A stretch of 34,851 nucleotides of DNA. Origin: a bacterium SM23_31 (GTDB taxonomy: Bacteria > SM23-31). Made by a program: the position numbers and the translations under genes. Below are positions 1 through 7,114 of the stretch, piece by piece. The first letter of the stretch is position 1. Every line of letters begins with the position of its first letter. The notes beneath the pieces are model-generated. The model had not been told where the DNA came from, did not search any database, and worked only from the letters and a program-made list of their open reading frames with translations. The stretch covers positions 1 to 34,851 of the forward strand of contig LJUD01000001.1 of NCBI GenBank assembly GCA_001304035.1, read 5' to 3'.

Positions 1-839
1 GTAAACGTCTTACCTGTGGCAAAAGACTGCGGTTTCAGCGTACTCTGGATTTCCCGAACAGTCTCTCTTTGTGTGCGCCCAGTTCCTGCGAAAATATCCG
101 AAACTACGGCGTTTCCTACGTGGGTGTAAACGAAATTTTCGCTGTAGGCGTTATTCGGATTGCCGATAGGACCGTAATTGTAAAGCATACCCGCGGCTCC
201 GTGTTTGACAGCGTTCTCAAGCTTGTACTGGTGGAACGAATACGGACGCCATTTCAGGAACAGTTCCCTCTCCTGACCGGTTGATACGGGAGCTTCTCTC
301 TCCATAAGGACTATTTTCCCCCGCACGTCCACGTCTTTATATTCGTCAAAATCCAGTTCCGGTGCGGTAATGCCGTAGCCGACATATACAACTTCTGCGG
401 TAACTTCACCCGAGCCGGACGTCGAGCCGGGAATGAATTCGTCGTAGTAATGGTAATACTTCCGGTAAACGGTATTTTCGCCCGGAATATGCAAATATGC
501 ATGGCAGCCGGGAAAAATAAGCGTATACGGATTGGGAAAAGCCTGAAGATACGTGCCGTTATCTCCCGCCGGCTTTATTTTCCATTTTTTCAGATAAGAT
601 ATCAACCACTCTGCGCATTCATTATATTCTTCCGTTCCTGTCAGCCTCCCTGCATATTTGTCCGAAGCCATCTCTTTCACATATTCGAATATCGTATTGC
701 TTGATATCGTATGCATTGTCTGGACAATTCTCCGTTCCAAACCTGCCTGAGCCGGCTGCGGTTGAGCGGCTGCGAAATTCGAAAGCATCAGAATACAGCC
801 GGTCACGCAGAAAAATAATAGTCTGCTCCACCTTTTCAT
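1..839 (-). CDS. M28-family peptidase with PA (protease-associated) domain, N-terminal part; gene continues past the left window edge
   Basis: Absent from the ORF track because no stop lies inside the window. Manual translation of the minus frame from ATG at 839-837 gives MKRWSRLLFFCVTGCILMLSNFAAAQ (signal peptide), then EVVYVGYGI...DVRGKIVLMEREAP (PA-domain-like), then KHGAAGMLYNYGP. The frame stays open to position 1. Confidence 0.7.
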   Translation of the reverse strand, partial: MKRWSRLLFFCVTGCILMLSNFAAAQPQPAQAGLERRIVQTMHTISSNTIFEYVKEMASDKYAGRLTGTEEYNECAEWLISYLKKWKIKPAGDNGTYLQAFPNPYTLIFPGCHAYLHIPGENTVYRKYYHYYDEFIPGSTSGSGEVTAEVVYVGYGITAPELDFDEYKDVDVRGKIVLMEREAPVSTGQERELFLKWRPYSFHQYKLENAVKHGAAGMLYNYGPIGNPNNAYSENFVYTHVGNAVVSDIFAGTGRTQRETVREIQSTLKPQSFATGKTF

Positions 840-1004
840 TTTCTCCTCCTGCATTTAAATTGATACATTTTGTTTCATCTTTATGTAAGCATCCTTATTC
901 GGGGACCGGGAACAAGGAAATTTACAATATTACCGATGTCGAAATTACATGCAATTTCCCGGCAGCGAGCTCGAGTGATTGCCGACAGCATATTCGGTTT
1001 ATAA

Positions 1005-2135
1005 TCAGCTTTTGACCGCTTTACTGAAGTATTTCCAGTGTGCATCGGTCATTGCATTAGCTGAAAAAAGCACAATCCCTTTTGCCCCGCCGTCGAAAGA
1101 GGCTTCGACAGCTTCGGTCAATTCATCCGGTCTCAACTGTGGAACATATAGACCGCTGTATAACGGGATATTTTTCGGCAGTGACATTACGCCTTTCTCC
1201 GTCTGCTTTTTTATCCACTCCATGTCTTCGTTATAAAAACTGTGATAAAGCATGGGCATTACTGCATCCAGATTCCAACGGTACCATTCCTGACGAACAA
1301 ATTCCCAGTTAGGGAATACTGCCGCTGATATCACTTTATTGTATTTATGCGCAATGGGGATCAATTTATCATTAACGATATTCGTTATACTGTCATACCG
1401 GAATTGTCTCCACTCTTTATTCTCGCTCGGTTCTTGAAGCTTTAATGGATCGATGCCCGTTTTTTCTTTGAATTTATTACGGCACACTTCACAGTAGCAG
1501 TAATCGTACTCGGGGTACTCACGGTCCTGAACGATACCATATTTCGGCTGGAGCGCTTCCGCCAAAATAACGTCCGGGTAGCGAATGTAATCTAAATGAA
1601 TTCCATCGAGTGTCTCATATTGTGCAAGTTCGGCTGCCGTCATTTGTATAAACTCGTGCACTTCGGGCCTTGAAGGACAAAGGAACTTGCAATAATCAAC
1701 ATAAGCCGGCTTATCCAATGAAGATTCCCCTTTGCCGTTAACACTAAACCACTCAGGGTGTTTTTTTTGAATATCTTCAATATTGCAGGGCATGCACCAC
1801 ATCCAGGCGTGAATTTCAAGACCTTCCGCTTTTGCAGCCGGCAGAATCATCTCAAGCCAATTTTCGTCAACGGGAAGGTGTTTACTTGCATAATGCGCAC
1901 GCCGGCTGCCGTAAATTTCAGGCAGTATCGCATGTATACCCGCTTCGTGCATTCCGGCGAACTTTCTTTTCCATTCATCAACCGGCGTTTTCAAATCAGT
2001 TGTTATCCATGCCCAGTTTTTATGTTTTTCCTGCCCGTCTTTCCTGATGAGAAAGCATGATTTAAAAATAAGACTATTGGCTGCCAATCCGACAGCGCCT
2101 GCGCCGAGTATTTTCAAAAATTCTCTTTTGTTCAT
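1005..2135 (-). CDS. Glycoside-hydrolase-like family 10 (GHL10/DUF187-type) protein with signal/Tat-like leader
   Basis: 376-aa ORF. N-terminal KREFLKILGAGAVGLAA leader. GIHLDYIRYP and EIHAWMW motifs are typical of GHL10 TIM-barrel proteins. Confidence 0.6.
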   Translation of the reverse strand: MNKREFLKILGAGAVGLAANSLIFKSCFLIRKDGQEKHKNWAWITTDLKTPVDEWKRKFAGMHEAGIHAILPEIYGSRRAHYASKHLPVDENWLEMILPAAKAEGLEIHAWMWCMPCNIEDIQKKHPEWFSVNGKGESSLDKPAYVDYCKFLCPSRPEVHEFIQMTAAELAQYETLDGIHLDYIRYPDVILAEALQPKYGIVQDREYPEYDYCYCEVCRNKFKEKTGIDPLKLQEPSENKEWRQFRYDSITNIVNDKLIPIAHKYNKVISAAVFPNWEFVRQEWYRWNLDAVMPMLYHSFYNEDMEWIKKQTEKGVMSLPKNIPLYSGLYVPQLRPDELTEAVEASFDGGAKGIVLFSANAMTDAHWKYFSKAVKS

Positions 2136-2199
2136 ATAAATTTTCTTCCTGCTGAATACCTAACCGAGATTCACCATATAGACTTCATAAATGTACACA

Positions 2200-2517
2200 T
2201 CACTTCCCGTATACCGCCTGGTCGATTTTGTATTTTCTGATAATGGAAAAACTTTCTTCACTCCTTGCTCTTTTGTAAGCATATCCGTTTTTTATAACAG
2301 CGGGTATGAACGGAAAATATACTGACCGTAAAAACTCGCCGGTTCCTGCATCGAGTACTTCAGCTAAATATTTTACCTCAACACCCTCCTTGAATTCGTA
2401 CCTTGACTGGTTGTAAGAATCCTTTAAAAAAAGAAAAACCGTTTCCCCATCAGCAAGAAGCTCGTACAGCGGATAAAAATATTCATACTTCCTTTTTTTT
2501 GCATCTTTTCTGATCAA
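2200..2517 (-). CDS. C-terminal continuation of the beta-propeller reading frame (same frame as 2635..3483, open from 2634 down to 2200)
   Basis: Manual translation shows the frame after the TAG at 2635-2637 stays open (EYILHIVNLENFKKKEISRKYTPGSTKEALKSGIYKDVE LIRKDAKK...). The tracked ORF starts at a TTG. No independent start or RBS is evident. Confidence 0.4.
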   Translation of the reverse strand: MIRKDAKKRKYEYFYPLYELLADGETVFLFLKDSYNQSRYEFKEGVEVKYLAEVLDAGTGEFLRSVYFPFIPAVIKNGYAYKRARSEESFSIIRKYKIDQAVYGK

Positions 2518-2634
2518 TTCTACATCCTTATAAATGCCGCTTTTAAGCGCCTCTTTGGTTGAGCCTGGAGTATACTTTCTGCTTATCTCTTTCTTTTTAA
2601 AGTTTTCAAGATTAACGATATGAAGTATATATTC

Positions 2635-3483
2635 CTATTCACTATTTACAGTGCGAGTGTCAAAAACAGGATTTGTATAAATAATCCTGTTTCCTGGGAG
2701 CATTGCACACAAAAACTGGAACTGCTGAAAAGGCTTTTCATAATGTTTGCCATAGGGTGTTTGTGCTACCAAAAGATTTTTATCATTTAAACCTTTAGGA
2801 TAATAAGACGCCAATTCGACATATTCACCGTCATTATCATAGACAAGCGCATCTGATATAATGTGATCATGTATGAGTACGCGTGATTCTAGCGATCTAT
2901 AAATATCAGGAGTTTCATCAAGTTTTTTCCAGGAATCGAAATATAATATTTTTATTAATTCATCTACAGGATATACCCTCCGAAGCATAAAATTAGAATA
3001 ATACCCGTGTTCTTTTCTAAATGCAGTTAAATTAAAATCAGTATAATAATTTTTCTTTTCAATAAAGGTAAGATCAGGAGCAAAGAGATTGAAGCTACTA
3101 CCACCGTCAATAACGGCAAGGTAGCCACCGGGGTTTACTACAGGTGAACCGGCGGATGAAAATTCCCCAGGTCCCTGACCCGGACGACCAACTATTGATT
3201 TTTCTTTTCCGTTACTGTCAAAAACCTTAATGCATTCTTCGTCGATCACAAAAATATCATTTACGCTGCTTACAGCAATTCCCCTCGGCTGTGCCAGCAG
3301 AAATTCATCTTTGGTAATAGTATTTTCATCCCCGAAAGAAAGTTCAAACGTAAGCACATCGGTTAATGGCGGCGGTATTTCCACAGTCTGAATGTCAACA
3401 TCTGTGCTGCAATTAAAAAACGGAAGAAAAAGAGACAGGCAAATAATCGATATGCTTTTAAGGAAGGATATTAGGATTTTCAT
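2635..3483 (-). CDS. 6-bladed beta-propeller (TolB-like, BF3164-type) lipoprotein, N-terminal 282 codons ending at an in-frame TAG
   Basis: Signal peptide plus lipobox-like FFNC. GRPGQGPGEF motif and repeated hydrophobic/D-x-x-G blade pattern are typical of this family. Confidence 0.6.
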   Translation of the reverse strand: MKILISFLKSISIICLSLFLPFFNCSTDVDIQTVEIPPPLTDVLTFELSFGDENTITKDEFLLAQPRGIAVSSVNDIFVIDEECIKVFDSNGKEKSIVGRPGQGPGEFSSAGSPVVNPGGYLAVIDGGSSFNLFAPDLTFIEKKNYYTDFNLTAFRKEHGYYSNFMLRRVYPVDELIKILYFDSWKKLDETPDIYRSLESRVLIHDHIISDALVYDNDGEYVELASYYPKGLNDKNLLVAQTPYGKHYEKPFQQFQFLCAMLPGNRIIYTNPVFDTRTVNSE

Positions 3484-3692
3484 GAGAACTCCCTTGAATT
3501 TAGTTTATGCAGCAATATCAACATTTTTATTTTGTGAAGCAAGCTTTTTTAGTCATATACGAACTCAACAAATCACTTGATTTTTTGGTTATTAAAGTCT
3601 TTTAATACAAACCCGGTAATGCGGGTATCCCCTGCCCGCCGATTAATATCTGTGATAAAAATAAACCAAAAAAGTTGATACATTTTATACAT

Positions 3693-3711
3693 TGTATTAT
3701 AAATATATACA
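3693..3711. promoter_or_regulatory. TGTAT-N9-ATACA palindrome (copy 1 of 3)
   Basis: tgtat tataaatat ataca read directly. It overlaps a sigma-70-like TTGATA(3675-3680)-N17-TATAAA(3698-3703) on the plus strand. Confidence 0.35.
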
Positions 3712-3821
3712 TTTAAAATTTCTCTGTCCTGAATTTATTTTAAACGATTTTATATTTTTTTAAGATATTGTAATTTAAAGAATTACATAAGCATTGAAAA
3801 AAGACAAACATTAGATTTCAG

Positions 3822-3831
3822 GTCACGTGAC
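3822..3831. promoter_or_regulatory. Perfect 10-bp palindrome GTCACGTGAC, candidate enhancer (UAS) for the downstream sigma-54 promoter
   Basis: Isolated GC-rich palindrome in very AT-rich DNA, about 150 bp upstream of the -24 element at 3980. Confidence 0.3.
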
Positions 3832-3979
3832 AGATTAATATGTAATATAAAATAAAACATAAGAAACATAATTTAATAACAAAATAATTTTTTAAAGAAA
3901 ACAGTCGAATCTTGTAAATAAAATAATAACAATATATTACCAATGTTTTTCATGCACGTATTATTTAAAGAAACGGATA

Positions 3980-3995
3980 TGGCATATTATTTGCA
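3980..3995 (+). promoter_or_regulatory. Sigma-54 (-24/-12) promoter
   Basis: TGGCAT-attat-TTGCA against consensus TGGCAC-N5-TTGCW, with correct GG/GC spacing. It ends 58 nt upstream of ATG 4054. An NtrC-type activator is encoded at 10361..11794. Confidence 0.6.
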
Positions 3996-4053
3996 GATTA
4001 AGTTTTCAGAACACAAGAATATTTGTCAAAAGAAAAAATAGGAGGTGATTAAA

Positions 4054-5814
4054 ATGACAACATCATTTAATGAAGTTCTGGTGGTGGATGATGAAAAAGT
4101 CGTCTGCCAAAATTGTGAGAAAATTTTAAGGGAAGAAGGTTTTTCAGTAACAACGGTATTAAGCGGGCAAGAGTGTCTCGAATTAATAAATGAAAGAAAA
4201 TATGATGCCGTTATTCTGGACTTGAAAATCCCTGATATCAACGGTATGGAAATTTTAAAAGTGATCAAGGACAAAAACCCGCGTACCGCTGTAATAATAA
4301 TAACCGGGTACTCTTCAGCGGGAAGTGCTATTGAAGCTATGAAGTTAGGGGCTGCCGATTTTATTCCCAAACCTTTTACGCCGGATGAACTTTCTATTCC
4401 TTTGAAAGAAGCATTAAAAAGGAACAATCCGCTTGGAGGGGAGGGAGATATTGCGGTAGAGCCGATTATTAAAAAAGTTAAACTCGAAGAAGAAATCAGA
4501 GAAATTAAGTATGAAGAAGAAATCAGAGAAATTAAGTATGAAAAGTGGTCTTTAGATCTTTACAAACATGCCTATTTCTCTGAATGGATGGGAGTGCAAA
4601 TCGGTAAAGATGAAACGGCTCGAATTGTGCTGAATAATATGTTTTTTGAATTAAAAGGCAAGGTGAAATATATTGACCTTCCACAGGCAGGGGAGGAAGT
4701 AGACACCGATAATCCCAGCTTCAGGATATTTTATACAAATAAGGAAACATCTTTAACCTATATGGAAGCGTTTTGTTCTCCTGTTTCCGGAAAAGTAGTT
4801 GAAGTAAATCCTTTTGCTACAAGAAAGATAAATACTGTTAATGAGGATCCATTCCATTCCGGCTGGCTTATCAGGATAGAACCTTCAAGACTTCCCGAAG
4901 ACCTTAACATGCTGGAATCACGGAGAATACTTATCGCGGATGATGATAAAGAATCGCGGGAATCGTTGAATAAATATTTCAAGGATGATATCTACAATAT
5001 TTACCAAGCCTGGGACCTGAAGGATATCATAGAAGGCGTAAAAGAAAAGCAGTATGATGTAGCAATTCTGGGAGAAAATGTATACGGCACGCCGGTCTAT
5101 GATGCGGCTCAAAATATAAGAAGCGTTGACGAAAACCTTCCTATTATTGTTGTAACTGAAATTGATTCACCTGAATTAGCCGGGAAAGTTCGGGAACATG
5201 ACATATTTTACTATGCCATGAAACCTCTGGATGAAGCTGAAATTGACCTGGCTGTCAGAAATGCTTTCATGAAAATCGAACTAAAAAAACGGGCAATTCA
5301 GAAACCGTACAGGTTCGACCTGCCAAGCTTCATCAAAAGTATAGAGGTGGTGAATCGTTCCGGGAATCGTATTGCTGTAATAGGACTGGGAAACATATTC
5401 AATGAGGATATCGGTATCGGTCAAAACCTCGTGGACAGGCTAAAGAAAAACAATCTGCCCGTTGATCTGGACATGGACAGAAGAGAGCTCTATGGGAAAG
5501 AGATTATCCCGTATATAGAGAAAAATGATAAGATTATTTTAATCAACGGGATAGAGATGGGTTTTAATCCGGGGAAAATCAAGAAATTCTTTTATGATTC
5601 ATTTAAAACCGAGATAATCGACTACAAACCCAAACAGGATATCAGAATCAGCCAAATTGGTTATCCCGAGATTATGCATTGGATAAATGCTACAGGTATT
5701 GATACTGAAATGGTTGTAATCGGAATACAGACAAATCGGAAGGAAAGATTCTCATTCTCTCTGGAACAAAATAGTGAAGTAATCGATGAAATTCTATCAG
5801 AGGTATTGTCATAA
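4054..5814 (+). CDS. Chimeric response regulator: REC, GcvH-like domain, pseudo-receiver, hydrogenase-maturation-protease-like (HycI/HyaD-fold) domain
   Basis: The track ORF starts at GTG 4045. ATG 4054 lies 8 nt after AGGAGG (4039-4044). REC: VLVVDDE...ILDLKIPD...KPF. GcvH-like: CSPVSGKVVEVN...NEDPFHSGWLIRI. Second REC-like: ILIADDD...AILGENV. C-terminus: IAVIGLGNIFNEDIGIG...IILINGIEMGFNPG. Confidence 0.8.
   Translation: MTTSFNEVLVVDDEKVVCQNCEKILREEGFSVTTVLSGQECLELINERKYDAVILDLKIPDINGMEILKVIKDKNPRTAVIIITGYSSAGSAIEAMKLGAADFIPKPFTPDELSIPLKEALKRNNPLGGEGDIAVEPIIKKVKLEEEIREIKYEEEIREIKYEKWSLDLYKHAYFSEWMGVQIGKDETARIVLNNMFFELKGKVKYIDLPQAGEEVDTDNPSFRIFYTNKETSLTYMEAFCSPVSGKVVEVNPFATRKINTVNEDPFHSGWLIRIEPSRLPEDLNMLESRRILIADDDKESRESLNKYFKDDIYNIYQAWDLKDIIEGVKEKQYDVAILGENVYGTPVYDAAQNIRSVDENLPIIVVTEIDSPELAGKVREHDIFYYAMKPLDEAEIDLAVRNAFMKIELKKRAIQKPYRFDLPSFIKSIEVVNRSGNRIAVIGLGNIFNEDIGIGQNLVDRLKKNNLPVDLDMDRRELYGKEIIPYIEKNDKIILINGIEMGFNPGKIKKFFYDSFKTEIIDYKPKQDIRISQIGYPEIMHWINATGIDTEMVVIGIQTNRKERFSFSLEQNSEVIDEILSEVLS
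4486..4539 (+). repeat. Perfect 27-bp tandem duplication (2 units) inside the CDS, encoding EEEIREIKY twice
   Basis: gaagaagaaatcagagaaattaagtat occupies 4486-4512 and repeats exactly at 4513-4539. Confidence 0.95.
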
Positions 5815-5837
5815 TTGCAATTAATTAGACCGGTAAC

Positions 5838-5880
5838 AGAGCCTTCGGGAGCATCCACTCCCGAAGGCTCTTTCTATTTC
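5838..5880 (+). terminator. Rho-independent terminator
   Basis: 13-bp perfect stem agagccttcggga / tcccgaaggctct with an 8-nt loop, followed by ttctatttc. It starts 24 nt after the stop at 5814. Confidence 0.75.
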
Positions 5881-5948
5881 ATCAATATTTTTAGTCGCTT
5901 GAATAATGCCGGAATATCCGATTATTTTTAAATATTTGCAAATAACAT

Positions 5949-5977
5949 TTGACAATATTAAATGAATTTATTATAAT
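5949..5977 (+). promoter_or_regulatory. Consensus sigma-70-type promoter for the hydrogenase/sensor operon
   Basis: TTGACA (5949-5954), a 17-nt spacer, then TATAAT (5972-5977). Confidence 0.6.
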
Positions 5978-5985
5978 ATAACTTT

Positions 5986-6006
5986 ATGTATAAATATTTA
6001 ATACAT
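5986..6006. promoter_or_regulatory. ATGTAT-N9-ATACAT palindrome (copy 2 of 3), candidate operator just downstream of the -10
   Basis: atgtat aaatattta atacat read directly, 9 nt after the TATAAT. Confidence 0.4.
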
Positions 6007-6123
6007 GTTTAGTATATGTATAAAATTATTATCATAAGCAAATTCTTTTCCTAATCGGATTAGAAAATTACTAAATCTTGAATAATAAAAAATGTTATAT
6101 TTTTATGAACAGGATAGAACACT

Positions 6124-7110
6124 ATGCATAATTTACTCTGGTTGAAAAGCGCAGGCTGTGGAGGAGACAGTATATCTCTATTGAATCTTGACCAGCCGGA
6201 TTTATATACTGCTTTTAAAATGCTTGACATAAAAGTCGTTTGGTTTCCTTCTTTGAGTTTCGAGTCTGATAAGGATGTTCATGAGATACTCAATAAAATT
6301 ATTAATGGTGAAGAAAAATTGGATTTTTTGATGGTGGAAGGAGCAGTATGCGATGAAGATGAAAATAAAACCAATTATGTTACCTTTTGTGGACATCCGA
6401 TGAAACACTGGATTATTGAGCTTGCAAAAAGAGCATCTTTCACTATCGCGGTGGGAACCTGTGCTTCTTTTGGCGGCATCATGACAACAGGTTCTGATAA
6501 TATTAAATGGATGGGTCTTCAATATTTAATGAAAAAACATGGCGGAATACTCGGGGTAGACTACAGTTCTTCTTCGGGTTTTCCTGTAATAAATATTGCA
6601 GGCTGTCCTGCTCATCCTGACTGGATAATAGAAACCCTGAATTTTATTACTAAAGGCAAACTAACAGTAGATAACCTGGACAAATATCAACGTCCGGACT
6701 TATTTTACAGTAAGCTTGCTCATCATGCTTGCCCCCGGAACGAATACTATGAATTTAAAGCTTCCGCTGAAGAATATGGTCAACAGGGATGCCTTTTTGA
6801 AAACCTGGGGTGCAAAGCAACGCAGTGTGAATCCGATTGTAATGAAAGGCTGTGGCTGGGACGCACGGGGAGCTGTACGCGGGGCGGGTTTCCCTGTATT
6901 TCCTGTACCTCTCCCGTTTTTCCGGACGGATTTTTACCATTCTTTGAAACACAGAAAATTGAAGATATCCCCACTACTCTTCCTCTTGATGTTCCCAAGG
7001 CGTGGTATGTAGGAATAAGCGGTATGGCTAAACTTGCCTGCCCTAAAAGGCTGGCTGTCAACGCTGTATCTTTTAAAAAGATTGATGTGGAAAATGAGAA
7101 AGAAGAATAA
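6124..7110 (+). CDS. [NiFe]-hydrogenase small subunit, cytoplasmic type (no Tat leader, no C-terminal anchor)
   Basis: Starts MHNLLWLKSAGCGGDS. Cluster motifs GTCASFGG, GCPAHPDW, HHACP, GCLFENLGCKATQCESDC and SCTRGGFPCISC. Confidence 0.85.
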   Translation: MHNLLWLKSAGCGGDSISLLNLDQPDLYTAFKMLDIKVVWFPSLSFESDKDVHEILNKIINGEEKLDFLMVEGAVCDEDENKTNYVTFCGHPMKHWIIELAKRASFTIAVGTCASFGGIMTTGSDNIKWMGLQYLMKKHGGILGVDYSSSSGFPVINIAGCPAHPDWIIETLNFITKGKLTVDNLDKYQRPDLFYSKLAHHACPRNEYYEFKASAEEYGQQGCLFENLGCKATQCESDCNERLWLGRTGSCTRGGFPCISCTSPVFPDGFLPFFETQKIEDIPTTLPLDVPKAWYVGISGMAKLACPKRLAVNAVSFKKIDVENEKEE

Positions 7111-7114
7111 CAGA

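Noticed and set aside
69-1015. Plus-strand and off-frame ORFs (69..284, 311..502, 450..704, 622..831, 701..1015) in the first kilobase
   Set aside because: All overlap a continuous minus-strand frame (839 to 1) whose translation is a convincing signal-peptide plus PA-domain M28 peptidase. Their own translations are low-complexity or Cys/Arg-rich shadow ORFs.
3675-3703. TTGATA-N17-TATAAA as the main promoter of the chimeric regulator gene
   Set aside because: It lies about 350 nt upstream of the start in extremely AT-rich DNA, where such matches arise easily. The sigma-54 element at 3980 is better placed. It is kept only as context for the palindrome.
7034-7114. Upstream start (7034) for the hydrogenase large subunit
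   Set aside because: It would overlap the small-subunit gene by 77 nt and add a basic, non-conserved leader. The conserved N-terminus (ITIGSFSRIEGD) begins just after ATG 7115. ATG 7094 remains a minor alternative.
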